A stretch of DNA of 64,000 nt from an uncultured delta proteobacterium (GTDB taxonomy: Bacteria > Desulfobacterota > Binatia > UBA9968), in contig CAVUZH010000004.1 of NCBI GenBank assembly GCA_963745835.1, positions 55,412-119,411 on the forward strand, read 5' to 3'. The position numbers and the translations under genes were made by a program. The notes beneath the pieces were generated by a model. The model was given only the letters and a program-made list of their open reading frames with translations. It did not search any database and was not told the origin of the DNA. Shown here piece after piece: positions 53,254 to 63,021 of the stretch. Position 1 is the stretch's first letter. The number at the start of each line of letters is the position of its first letter.

Positions 53254-54411
53254 GTGAAAAACGATGAGCTCTCATACAACTTAGGCGACACCGTCGATCG
53301 CCTGATATCGGTTCAATATTTCATGTCAGGCGGTGGCTCGGCCCTGACCCGCAAGCCGGTAACCGGCGTGCTCTACGAAGCCGCCCGCGAAAAAGCCGGC
53401 GCGCCGCTCTGTCATCTTGCGGCCAAAGCGCTTGCGGACAACGTCCAGCGCGGCGACACCTTGCTGATCACCACCGGTTTGATTGCGCCGCCATACATGA
53501 TCGCCGAAGGCGACGGCCCGATTGCTGCCGCGACGCTTGCGCGGGCTATCGACGTCGGTCTTGACGCGACTCCGATCATCGTTTGCGAAGGAGTGGTGGT
53601 GAAAGCCATGGAGGCTCTTTGCCAGGCCGCCGGCCTGATGCCGAGCGCGCCCGAGCTGGCGGTCGGAACTCCGAGAAAAGTCATCGTTCTGCCGTTTCCT
53701 CTCGACGACGACTTGGGGCGGCGCGAGGCGATTCGACTTTTGGATCAGTTCAAACCGAAAGCCGTCGTGGCCATAGAAAAGTTATCGAAGAACGCCAAAG
53801 GCATTTATCACAATGGCTTCGGCATCGACGTGTCGTCGGTGCAAGCAAAAGTAGATTACCTTTTTGACTTCGCGCGCGACCGCGGCATACCTACGATAGG
53901 CGTCGGTGACGGCGGCAATGAAATCGGCACTGCCTGCATCGCCGACGCCGTCCGCAAAGTCGTGCCCACCGGCGCCAAATGCGGCTGTCCGTGCGAGTCC
54001 GGCATCACCGCCGCGACTGACGCCGACTATTGCGTGTTCGGTTCCAAGTCGAACTATGGCGGCTTCGCCATCGAGGCCTGCCTGGCCGCGGGACTGGAGC
54101 GGCCCGAAATCTTTCACAGCGAAGTTGTCGCCCGGCGCGTGCATGAGGCGGGGGCAACCATGGGTCTGGTGGATCCGTTCACCGGACTCGCGTTTGGTTG
54201 GGACGACTTTCCGGTGGAAAAAAACGTCAATGAGCTCGTCACTAATCTGATTCGCTACATGCTCGCCGTGCGCGTGGTGCCGCGCTGGTACAAAGACTCG
54301 ATCATGGGACCGAGCCAAAAGTGGATCCATGAACGCTCGTTCGCCGAAGACTTGGTTTCGCGCTGGGCCAAATCCATCATCGATTCGGAAAAGCAATTTT
54401 TCCCGAAGTAA
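53254..54411 (+). CDS. D-glutamate cyclase-like protein (DUF4392)
   Basis: LITTG, EGDGP..A..LARA, AIEK, G.YHN..G.D, TIGVGDGGNEIG, SNYGG. Confidence 0.75.
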   Translation: MKNDELSYNLGDTVDRLISVQYFMSGGGSALTRKPVTGVLYEAAREKAGAPLCHLAAKALADNVQRGDTLLITTGLIAPPYMIAEGDGPIAAATLARAIDVGLDATPIIVCEGVVVKAMEALCQAAGLMPSAPELAVGTPRKVIVLPFPLDDDLGRREAIRLLDQFKPKAVVAIEKLSKNAKGIYHNGFGIDVSSVQAKVDYLFDFARDRGIPTIGVGDGGNEIGTACIADAVRKVVPTGAKCGCPCESGITAATDADYCVFGSKSNYGGFAIEACLAAGLERPEIFHSEVVARRVHEAGATMGLVDPFTGLAFGWDDFPVEKNVNELVTNLIRYMLAVRVVPRWYKDSIMGPSQKWIHERSFAEDLVSRWAKSIIDSEKQFFPK

Positions 54412-54415
54412 TTTT

Positions 54416-55852
54416 ATGGCTAAAAACACGGCTGATCTGCTTTTTAAGAACGGTTTGATCGTCACGCCCTCGGGCATCGTCGAAGGCGGCTTGGCTGTCG
54501 TGGACGGCAAGATCGCCACCATCGGTAGCGATGCGTTTTTGCCGGATGCAGAGCGGATCATCGACTTGGGCGGCAAACACCTTCTTCCGGGCGTGATCGA
54601 TCCCGAGTGTCACCTCGGCGGCCATCGCGACCTGGCCGCCGATTTTAAAAGCGAGACACGGGCCGCTGCGGCTACCGGTGTGACGACCTGGGGTTTGCAG
54701 CTCGTAAGCCTGGCAATCACCGGCGGCGCCGATAAAGTGAAGGGGCCCGCAGATATTCCGAATTTCACGAAATCGATGCCAATCTTCTACGAGGCGGCAA
54801 AAACCGCGGCGATCGATTTTTTTCTCACGCCGATTATCAGCACCGACGAACAGGTCAAAGAAATTCCCTATCTGGCAAACGAACACGGCATCAGCTCCTT
54901 CAAGCTCCACTTGCAGATGCAGGGGCCGTGGAAGTCCTCATGGCCGGCTTACTTTTTTGACGATGGCAGCATTTACTCGGTCTTTCAGGAGGTCGCCAAG
55001 CTCGGCGCGCCAGCGATCGCGCTGCTTCACTGCGAGAACTGGGAGATCGCCCAGGTGCTGCAGAAGCAGCTCATAGATGCCGGGCGCACCGACATGGGCG
55101 CCTGGGATGATCGCTCGCCGGCTTTCACCGAGGTCGGTCACGCCCGGACCTACCTCTATTATGCCCGGATCGCCGGCTGTCCAATTTACGTCGTGCACTG
55201 TACGACGACCGAGACCGTCGCGGAAATCGAGAGAGCCAAAGCCGAAGGCTTGACTGTCTATAGCGAAATCGGCACCCACTATCTCGTGCTGCACAAGGAC
55301 GCGTGGAAGATCAACGTGCCGCTGCGCGATCGCTCTACACACGAAAGTCTATGGAAGGCGCTCGCGTCCGGCGCCATCGATTGCATCGGCAGCGATCATG
55401 TCGCGCACACCAGAACCCGCGAGTCCATGCAAACGGGAAACGTCTTTACCACCGTCAGTGGTTTTCCTTCACGGGTGGAAGGAATGCTGCCGATGATGCT
55501 CAGTGAGGGCGTAAATAAAGATCGAATCTCCATCGAGCGCCTGGCGCAAGTCGCCAGTGAAAATCCCGCGCGCATCTTCGGCCTTTATCCGAAAAAAGGC
55601 GCGATCCTGCCGGGCGCCGATGCGGATCTTGTGGTCGTCGATTTGAAGCGGCGTGCAAAGATCACAAAAGAACTTCTTCACACGGTAACGCCGTGGTCCA
55701 TCTATGAAGGCTGGGATGTCACCGGCTGGCCGGTCATGACTGTGGTCCGAGGCAATATCGTGATGGAATGGCCTGAGGGCGCGCCTCGTGCCATGGTCAC
55801 CGAAACTTCTACGGGCCAATATCTCAGAAGGCAACTCAGCCGCACAACCTGA
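54416..55852 (+). CDS. Cyclic amidohydrolase (dihydroorotase/allantoinase/dihydropyrimidinase family)
   Basis: PGVIDPECH, AAA.GVTT, SFKL, LHCEN, VVH, KIN.PLR, GSDH, NPARIFGLYP.KG.I.PGADAD. Confidence 0.83.
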   Translation: MAKNTADLLFKNGLIVTPSGIVEGGLAVVDGKIATIGSDAFLPDAERIIDLGGKHLLPGVIDPECHLGGHRDLAADFKSETRAAAATGVTTWGLQLVSLAITGGADKVKGPADIPNFTKSMPIFYEAAKTAAIDFFLTPIISTDEQVKEIPYLANEHGISSFKLHLQMQGPWKSSWPAYFFDDGSIYSVFQEVAKLGAPAIALLHCENWEIAQVLQKQLIDAGRTDMGAWDDRSPAFTEVGHARTYLYYARIAGCPIYVVHCTTTETVAEIERAKAEGLTVYSEIGTHYLVLHKDAWKINVPLRDRSTHESLWKALASGAIDCIGSDHVAHTRTRESMQTGNVFTTVSGFPSRVEGMLPMMLSEGVNKDRISIERLAQVASENPARIFGLYPKKGAILPGADADLVVVDLKRRAKITKELLHTVTPWSIYEGWDVTGWPVMTVVRGNIVMEWPEGAPRAMVTETSTGQYLRRQLSRTT

Positions 55853-55894
55853 TCCTGGGCTCTCGACAGAGCCGTCGAGCAAAATGTTTCTGTT

Positions 55895-56000
55895 CACCAA
55901 GAAGCGCCCGAAGGACACGAAGAACAAACATAGAGCTAGAACACGAACCGGGATTTAACGTGTTTTCTCTTCCTTCGTGCCCTTCGAGTCTTTCGTGGTG
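55895..56000. repeat. Imperfect 29-bp inverted repeat with 9-nt CACGAAG periodicity (REP/MITE-like)
   Basis: CACCAAGAAGCGCCCGAAGGACACGAAGA (55895-55923) versus the reverse complement of 55972-56000, CACCACGAAAGACTCGAAGGGCACGAAGG. Confidence 0.55.
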
Positions 56001-56267
56001 GTATACACCCCGCATGAAGTATCAAGAGCGTGAGACACTGCACTAGGTGAGAAAACACTTCCGTCGGCAACCCTATCGAAGACTAACGCGGCTTTGATGC
56101 GGCTTTGAATCTGGTAATCTTCCTGCAGAGAATCTTGAATCATTAAAAATCGCTATCACTCCAGAGCATGCGCTGTCATTCTGGTCGTGATTACTCGAGC
56201 AAAACCTGCTTGATTGATGTCCTTGTATCGACAGCGCATCAACATGCCCGTTATCTAAGATCATCCC

Positions 56268-57194
56268 ATGCCGCCAGTCATTTCCATTTCGAACTTGACC
56301 AAGACCTACGCTTCCGGGTACCAGGCGCTGAAGGGTATCGACCTCGAGATCCGCAAGGGTGAAATCTTTGCTCTGTTGGGTCCTAACGGCGCTGGCAAAA
56401 CCACCTTGATCAGCATCGTCTGCGGTATCGTCACCCCGACGGAGGGCATCGTGATCGTAGACGGCCACGACATCGTCCGCGAATACCGCGCTGCGCGCTC
56501 CAAGATCGGTTTGGTGCCGCAAGAACTGACCACCGATGCGTTCGAATCGGTGTGGGCGACGGTGAACTTCAGCCGTGGGCTCTTCGGTCATGCGCCGAAC
56601 CCGGCTCACATCGAGAAGGTGCTGCGCGACTTGTCTCTATGGGAAAAACGCAAAAACAAAATCATGACCTTATCGGGCGGCATGAAGCGGCGCGTGATGA
56701 TCGCCAAGGCGCTGTCGCACGAGCCGGAGATTCTTTTTCTCGATGAGCCGACCGCAGGCGTGGACGTTGAGTTGCGCCGCGACATGTGGGCGCTGGTGCG
56801 AACTCTGCGGGAAAGCGGCGTGACCATCATCCTGACCACCCACTATATCGATGAGGCCGAGGAGATGGCCGACCGCATCGGGGTGATCAACAAAGGAGGA
56901 CTGATCGTGGTTGAAGAGAAAGTCGAGCTGATGAAAAAACTCGGCAAGAAGCAGCTGACCCTGAGCCTCCTCGAGCCGTTGCCATCGCTCCCGCTGGGAT
57001 TAAGCGAATGGCCGGTGGCGCTGAAGGACGCCGGACGCGAGCTGGAATACACTTTCCATGGCAATGAAGAAAGCGCTGGAATCCCGATTTTGCTAAAGCG
57101 GCTTGGCGATCTCGGCATCGGCTTCAAGGACCTGAACACGCGGCAGAGCTCGCTCGAGGACATCTTCGTCAGCTTGGTGAGCGATCGCAAATGA
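56268..57194 (+). CDS. ABC-2 type transporter ATP-binding protein (YadG-like)
   Basis: [36 protein letters not shown]. Confidence 0.92.
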   Translation: MPPVISISNLTKTYASGYQALKGIDLEIRKGEIFALLGPNGAGKTTLISIVCGIVTPTEGIVIVDGHDIVREYRAARSKIGLVPQELTTDAFESVWATVNFSRGLFGHAPNPAHIEKVLRDLSLWEKRKNKIMTLSGGMKRRVMIAKALSHEPEILFLDEPTAGVDVELRRDMWALVRTLRESGVTIILTTHYIDEAEEMADRIGVINKGGLIVVEEKVELMKKLGKKQLTLSLLEPLPSLPLGLSEWPVALKDAGRELEYTFHGNEESAGIPILLKRLGDLGIGFKDLNTRQSSLEDIFVSLVSDRK

Positions 57195-57979
57195 GCACGG
57201 CAACGAAACCATCGAGATTCAACCGGCACGGCGTCTGGGCGATTTATAAGTTCGAAATGGCCCGCGCCCTGCGCACGCTGCTGCAAAGCGTCGTAACACC
57301 GGTCATGACCACCTCGCTTTATTTCGTCGTCTTCGGCGCTGCTATCGGCTCGCGCATGACTGAAGTAAACGGCATCGCTTACGGCTCCTTCATCGTGCCG
57401 GGATTGATGATGTTGTCGCTGTTGACCCAGAGCATCTCCAACGCTTCGTTCGGCATCTATTTCCCGAAGTTTACCGGCACAGTTTATGAACTCTTGTCCG
57501 CCCCGGTATCCTCTATGGAGATCGTCCTCGCCTACGTTGGCGCCGCGGCGAGCAAATCCATCGTTCTCGGCCTCATCATTCTGGCAACAGCCGCGCTGTT
57601 CGTGCCGATCACGATTCTGCACCCGGTGTGGATGATCGCCTTTTTAGTGCTGACCGCGGCGACCTTCAGTCTCTTCGGTTTCATCATCGGTCTCTGGGCC
57701 AAAGGCTTCGAGCAGTTGCAGTTCATCCCGATGCTGATCATCACGCCGCTGACCTTTCTCGGGGGGGCCTTCTATTCGATCGACATGCTGCCGGCAGCGT
57801 GGCGCACGGTTACATTGTTCAATCCCGTAGTTTATCTCATCAGCGGATTTCGCTGGAGCTTTTACGGCGCCTCCGACGTGAGTGTCAGCGTGAGCCTGGC
57901 GATGACATTGGGATTCTTTGCGATCTGCCTGGCGGTGGTCGCATGGATCTTCAAGACCGGGTACCGACTGAAGAGCTGA
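57191..57979 (+). CDS. ABC-2 type transporter permease (YadH-like)
   Basis: FIVPGL.M, ELL.AP, PLTFLGG.FYS, NPV.Y.ISGFR; 4-bp overlap with the ATPase gene. Confidence 0.9.
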   Translation: MSTATKPSRFNRHGVWAIYKFEMARALRTLLQSVVTPVMTTSLYFVVFGAAIGSRMTEVNGIAYGSFIVPGLMMLSLLTQSISNASFGIYFPKFTGTVYELLSAPVSSMEIVLAYVGAAASKSIVLGLIILATAALFVPITILHPVWMIAFLVLTAATFSLFGFIIGLWAKGFEQLQFIPMLIITPLTFLGGAFYSIDMLPAAWRTVTLFNPVVYLISGFRWSFYGASDVSVSVSLAMTLGFFAICLAVVAWIFKTGYRLKS

Positions 57980-58173
57980 CGGAATTGAAACACACTTGGT
58001 CGCTCTCGAGCGATATTGTGCGACAAAAGATCGCCGCATCGCCCAATCGAGGCCAATCACAATCTCGTCACCACGGCAGATCATCGCATTCGAGTTGCCA
58101 CCTTGTCACAAAAGAGCGTGATTGCGCACGCATTCGCCAAGCAATCCACCCTATCGCGGGATCCGGCCATTGA

Positions 58174-58188
58174 TGGCAAATGCCTTGC
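58174..58188 (+). promoter_or_regulatory. Sigma-54 -24/-12 promoter
   Basis: TGGCAAATGCCTTGC, about 35 nt upstream of ATG 58224; upstream near-repeats GCGACAAAAGATCG and GTCACAAAAGAGCG. Confidence 0.65.
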
Positions 58189-58223
58189 GTCAGACACCAC
58201 CCGATATCCGATCGGAGGAAATC

Positions 58224-58619
58224 ATGAAATCATTTTTGGTGGCTTTTCTCGTAATCTTCTTAGCCGCAGTATTTGAAGCTCCGGGCGTGAGCGGCAACGA
58301 ATTCAAAGAACGCGAAGCAAAAATCAGTCAGTACAAGACATGGCTCGATTCTCTCGGCTCTCACGGTTCACAATATTGGATGCGTCTCGATGGGAAGCCT
58401 CGGCCTCATCGGTTATATTTGGGCGAGGGCTTCTATCGCGCCGACTTTAAAAGCCAAGAGCATTTCGTCGATACGTTTTCAAATTATCTTGCAGGACACC
58501 CGGAAAAATTCATGCTTATTGATCTCTTCGATGCGGCCACCAACAAACCGGTAGGCGAGTATGGATTCGGCGGCTTCAAACTTTACACAAAGCCTCTGCA
58601 GACCGCGGAGCGTCCTTAA
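58224..58619 (+). CDS. Secreted hypothetical protein
   Basis: GGAGG SD, signal peptide MKSFLVAFLVIFLAAVF; no family recognised. Confidence 0.72.
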   Translation: MKSFLVAFLVIFLAAVFEAPGVSGNEFKEREAKISQYKTWLDSLGSHGSQYWMRLDGKPRPHRLYLGEGFYRADFKSQEHFVDTFSNYLAGHPEKFMLIDLFDAATNKPVGEYGFGGFKLYTKPLQTAERP

Positions 58620-58873
58620 GATTATCGCAACCGATAGCTCTATAACCTTCCGCCGACCCCGCTTAGGCTGATATCGGCCAAGACTAACGGCGCGAAATCT
58701 TCTCGACCTCATGCAAGGTGTCGAGTAAACTTCGACCGCCCGCTCCGACTCGAAGGCGCGCGAGAATTGCTCTAAATCTGCAGCGAGTTTCGCCAGGTCT
58801 GGAGCTTGTAAATCTCCTCCCGCCAGATAGTTGAAGTTCGTCTCAAGCGCCAATGCCGGGCACTGGAGCAAAA

Positions 58874-60745
58874 ATGATTTCCGCCGAACAAATTACCCAA
58901 GCCTTCGACAGCGCAACGCGGCAATTCCGCCAATCCGACGAGTATCAGGAGCTTGTCGCGGGACATGCCAGCCCCGAGGCTGCCCGCGAGTTTTTGCGCA
59001 ACGTTTTTCGCACCCATTTCCTCTCCTCGCATATCGTTGCCCTGTGCTTCGCATCATTGCCTTCGACGGCGGCGGAGATGTTGAGAGAAAATCTGCTGGA
59101 GGAAATGGGCCGCTCCGACGCCGGAAAGCCGCATTCGGCGCTGCTCCTGGAGCTGGCGCGCGGCGTCGGCTTTGACCAGAGCGAAATCGACAAGCTGATC
59201 GCCGATGCGCGCCGGCGCCTCGCAGTCTTCTGCGCCACTCGCGTGCCGGCCTCAACCCTGCGCGAGCTTTGCCTGGCGGTGTTGCTCGAGACCATGAGCT
59301 TCGAGTTCATGCTGTCGCGCTGTTCGAGCGAGATCGCCGCCGCCTTGTCCAGACACTATGGCTTTGCCGAACCGGCCTTGCACTGGTTTGCGCTCCACTC
59401 GGAGGTCGACGTGCGCCATGCCGAAGAGGGGGTGACGGTAGTCCAGGATTATCTCAGCTTTCACCAGGCACCTGACGATCTCTTCGAGCAAATCGCGAGT
59501 CTTACACTGGGCGATAACATTTTCGCTCGCCACTATTTTCCAGCCGGCTCGAAACAGCGGACCGGCACTCGATCGGCCCCGGCTAAGGCGCGGCGTATCG
59601 AAGCCCTGACCATTTACCGGCTGCGCATCCCGTTTCACCAAACGTTCCGCCATGCGCTGCACAGCCGGGAAGAGAGCGACGCGGTGATCGTTAAAGTCAT
59701 CGACAGCGACGGCCGCCTCGGTTTTGGCGAGAGCTTGCCTAGATCCTATGTCACCGGCGAGACAACCGAATCCATGATCGCGCGCATCCGCGAGCACCTG
59801 GCGCCTCGGGTGTTTTCGCAATCGTTCGCACCGGGCTGGGAAACTTTCGAGTATCTTCAATCCGTCGTGTCCGAATGGACGCGACCCGAAGAGCGGCAAA
59901 GCAGCGTTGCGGCCTGGAACGCCGCCTTTTGCGCCGTCGAGTTGGCATTGCTCGACTGGAGCCTGCGTGCCGATCACTGCGCCTTGGCCGACTTGCTGCC
60001 GCCTGCGCGCTACGAAGTTGTCTACAGTGGGGTGATCTCGGCCGATGCACCAGACGACGCAGCCGCTCTCGCCAAGAGAATGGCCCGGGTCGGCATACGC
60101 CAGATCAAAGTGAAGGTCGGCACCATTGATGACGCGGCGCGGCTCGAAGCGGTGCGTAAAGCCGTGGGTGTCGAGGTCGAATTGCGCGCCGACGCCAACG
60201 GCGCCTGGAGTGCCGACGAGGCGATCGAACAGCTACAACGATTGGCGCGCTTCAAGTTGCAATCGATTGAACAGCCGGTGCGGGCCGATGATCTGGCGGG
60301 AATGAAACGAGCGCGTCAGGAGAGCGGCGTTGCGGTCATGGCCGATGAGTCGCTGGTCACGTTGGATCAGGCGCGCCGCTTGATCGAACTCGGCGCTTGC
60401 GATTATTTTAACATCCGACTATCCAAGAACGGCGGCATCGGCGCCAGTCTAGCGATCGCCAGATTGGCGCAAGAAGCGGGAGTCAAAATTCAGGTGGGAG
60501 CGCAGGTCGGTGAAACCGGTATTTTGTCGGCCGCCGGGCGAACCTTGGCGGCGCATTTGCCAGCGCTCGCATTTGCCGAAGGCTCCTTCGGTACCTGGCT
60601 GCTCGCCGAGGATGTCACGTTCGAAAACGTCGCGTTTGGCTTGGGCGGGCGGGCGCCGCTTTTGCAAAGCCATGGCCTCAGCGTCACGGTGAAGGAAGAG
60701 GTCCTGGAGCGTCTCGCCACCGCTAAAATCGATTTGCGCCGGTAA
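58874..60745 (+). CDS. Fusion of a heme-oxygenase-like diiron (CADD/PqqC/TenA-fold) domain and an enolase-superfamily (MLE/dipeptide epimerase-like) domain
   Basis: N-terminal ENLLEE.G.....PH / FE / LHSEVDVRH ligand set; C-terminal GFGE..PR.YVTGE, KVK, DANG, EQP, DES, NIRLSK.GG; ATG 58874 after GGAG. Confidence 0.8.
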   Translation: MISAEQITQAFDSATRQFRQSDEYQELVAGHASPEAAREFLRNVFRTHFLSSHIVALCFASLPSTAAEMLRENLLEEMGRSDAGKPHSALLLELARGVGFDQSEIDKLIADARRRLAVFCATRVPASTLRELCLAVLLETMSFEFMLSRCSSEIAAALSRHYGFAEPALHWFALHSEVDVRHAEEGVTVVQDYLSFHQAPDDLFEQIASLTLGDNIFARHYFPAGSKQRTGTRSAPAKARRIEALTIYRLRIPFHQTFRHALHSREESDAVIVKVIDSDGRLGFGESLPRSYVTGETTESMIARIREHLAPRVFSQSFAPGWETFEYLQSVVSEWTRPEERQSSVAAWNAAFCAVELALLDWSLRADHCALADLLPPARYEVVYSGVISADAPDDAAALAKRMARVGIRQIKVKVGTIDDAARLEAVRKAVGVEVELRADANGAWSADEAIEQLQRLARFKLQSIEQPVRADDLAGMKRARQESGVAVMADESLVTLDQARRLIELGACDYFNIRLSKNGGIGASLAIARLAQEAGVKIQVGAQVGETGILSAAGRTLAAHLPALAFAEGSFGTWLLAEDVTFENVAFGLGGRAPLLQSHGLSVTVKEEVLERLATAKIDLRR

Positions 60746-60751
60746 CCATCG

Positions 60752-62437
60752 ATGCGACTGCTCGTCAAAGCCGCGATGTTCGTGACCCGCCGCCAGTGGG
60801 CACGCTGGCACAAGCTCACATTCAAGCCCCAGGAAACTCAGGACCGGCTGCTTCTCGATATCATCGAGCGCAATCGCTCCACGCGCTTCGGCCGCGATCA
60901 TCGCTTCAAATCGATTGGCTCTCTGAGCGACTATCGCAAGCAAGTGGCGATCGCCGATTACGAGCGCCTGCGTCCCTATGTCGAGTTCATTCATAGCGGC
61001 GAGCGCGATTCGCTGACCGCCGATCCCATCGACATGTTCACGATGACCAGTGGCAGCACGGGTGATCCCAAGCTAATCCCGGTAACGGCAAAAACAAGAG
61101 AGAACCATCGGCAATTGACGCGGCTGTGGTATTACCGCGCGTTCGTGGACCATCCCGAACTCTTCAACGGCAAACTCCTTGGCATCGTCAGCCCGCAGGT
61201 CGAGGGAGAAACAGCCGGTGGCATTCCATTCGGCGCCGCTTCCGGTTTGATTTACCGGAGCAGCCCGCGTTGGATACAAAACGCTTACGCCGTACCCTAC
61301 GTGGTTTCCGAGATCAAAGACTTCGAAGCCAAATACTATCTGACCATGCGTATGGCGCTGGAACAGGATATCTCCTTTTTCGGCACGCCCAATCCGAGTA
61401 CGATTCTCAAGCTGGTCCAAAGCGCAAGCCAAAATAAGTACGACATCATCAAAGACATTCATGACGGCACCATCACAACGCGTTTCGACCTGCCGGCCCA
61501 AGTGCGCGCGTCGCTCGCGTCACGGCTGCGAAAAAACCTGCCGCGCGCGCGGCGACTGGAATCTTTGATCAAGCACGACGGAGCGCTCCGACCCAAAGAA
61601 TATTGGCCCCGGCTGCAACTTATCGGTTGCTGGAAGGGCGGCAGCGCCGGTGTGCGACTGAAGGAATTCGCCGGCTGGTTTGCCAAAACCACGCCGGTGC
61701 GCGATCTCGGTTACATGGCCAGTGAGGCGCAGATGACATTGCCGGTGTTCGACTCGGGGTCCGCTGGCATTCTCGCGATCGATAAGAACTTTTACGAATT
61801 CATCCCGGAATCCGAAATCAATGCCTCTGCGCCAACGATCTTGACATGCTCTGAGCTCGAGGAGGGAAATCTTTATTATATTCTTCTTACCACACCCGGC
61901 GGATTGTACCGCTACGACATCAACGACGTGATTCGCGTCGCTGGATTTTACAATCAGACGCCGCTCATCGAATTCGTCCGCAAAGGCCGCGATGTCACCA
62001 GCATCACCGGTGAAAAGTTGCACATCAACCAATTAATCGGCGCCATGGCGCGGGCGCAGAGAGCCGCCGGTGTGGCGGTGCAACATTTTTGCGCTTGCGC
62101 CGATATGGAAAAATCTCTGTACGTTCTCTCCGTGGAACTGGACCGCGCCATGCCAAGCCGCGAAAGCCTGGTGCAACTGCTGCATGAACTTGATGCCGGC
62201 TTGCGAGAACTCAATGTGGAATATGCGCAAAAACGCGAGTCGCAGCGGCTCGGATCGCCGATCCTGTGCGTGATGAAGCCTGGTTGGTTCGAGCGCAAAG
62301 CCCAGATAATTCTCCAGCGCGGCGGCCACGATACGCAACTTAAGGCGCAGCTTCTCTGCATGACACCGGAAGACCCAAAAGAGATAGAGTTCATCGTCCC
62401 AAGCGCGGGCGCAGCGCCAGTAACAAATCCAGATTGA
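60752..62437 (+). CDS. GH3-family acyl-adenylate/amide synthetase
   Basis: TSGSTGDPKLIP, GYMASE, FYEFIP, GLYRYDINDV.RV.GFYN.TP, GEKL. Confidence 0.88.
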   Translation: MRLLVKAAMFVTRRQWARWHKLTFKPQETQDRLLLDIIERNRSTRFGRDHRFKSIGSLSDYRKQVAIADYERLRPYVEFIHSGERDSLTADPIDMFTMTSGSTGDPKLIPVTAKTRENHRQLTRLWYYRAFVDHPELFNGKLLGIVSPQVEGETAGGIPFGAASGLIYRSSPRWIQNAYAVPYVVSEIKDFEAKYYLTMRMALEQDISFFGTPNPSTILKLVQSASQNKYDIIKDIHDGTITTRFDLPAQVRASLASRLRKNLPRARRLESLIKHDGALRPKEYWPRLQLIGCWKGGSAGVRLKEFAGWFAKTTPVRDLGYMASEAQMTLPVFDSGSAGILAIDKNFYEFIPESEINASAPTILTCSELEEGNLYYILLTTPGGLYRYDINDVIRVAGFYNQTPLIEFVRKGRDVTSITGEKLHINQLIGAMARAQRAAGVAVQHFCACADMEKSLYVLSVELDRAMPSRESLVQLLHELDAGLRELNVEYAQKRESQRLGSPILCVMKPGWFERKAQIILQRGGHDTQLKAQLLCMTPEDPKEIEFIVPSAGAAPVTNPD

Positions 62438-62443
62438 CGCCAC

Positions 62444-62914
62444 ATGCACGGGCGCGCGCTCGCAATTCTGACTCTGCTTTTTGCGCTTCGCGTCTTGGGC
62501 CAAGCTCTGGTGGTATTTTTTTCGGTTGGTTGGCTGCCGCCCACAGAGCACTGGTTCTCCGGTCTGATCCGCTATCCTATTCTTCTCTGCATCCAATTAG
62601 TTATGCTGGCCGTGATGGTCAAAATCGCATCCGACATCTGGCGCGCTCGAGGCTTTTTCGCCAAGCCGAGACCCGGCTGTTCCCGATTCCTGGTCGCCTG
62701 CAGCATTTTGTACGCGGCCAGCATGGTTCTGCGCTATGCTTTGACTATGACGTACCGGCCCGAGATGCGCTGGTTCGGCGATACGATCCCGATTTTTTTC
62801 CACTTCGTTCTTGCCGCCTTCGTGTACACCTGGGGGAAATTTCATTCAGCAAGGGACATACTTGCAATTGCGCCGTACACGACGGTTTCACAATCACACA
62901 GGACGTCAATGTGA
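62444..62914 (+). CDS. Small integral membrane protein (about 4 TM segments)
   Basis: Hydrophobic segments; starts 6 nt after the GH3 stop. Confidence 0.7.
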   Translation: MHGRALAILTLLFALRVLGQALVVFFSVGWLPPTEHWFSGLIRYPILLCIQLVMLAVMVKIASDIWRARGFFAKPRPGCSRFLVACSILYAASMVLRYALTMTYRPEMRWFGDTIPIFFHFVLAAFVYTWGKFHSARDILAIAPYTTVSQSHRTSM

Positions 62915-63021
62915 ACGTGAGCTCCTTCTGTTTATTTCTATAGTAGAACGATCTCTAACGATTTGGCCAAACTCTTACAATCGAAATATGGGCTAGCTCA
63001 TCCGTGACGAGGTGACTAATT

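Noticed and set aside
58479-58871. 130-aa minus-strand ORF between the secreted protein and the HDO fusion
   Set aside because: Partly protein-like, but it overlaps the upstream gene, starts on the fusion's SD region and has no recognisable motif; at most a remnant.
58874-59560. HDO domain as a CADD-type self-sacrificing p-aminobenzoate synthase
   Set aside because: By eye a Tyr aligns with the CADD donor Tyr (EYQELVAG), but the amino-donor Lys position reads Ile (CSSEIAAAL), and the context is GH3/enolase rather than folate genes.
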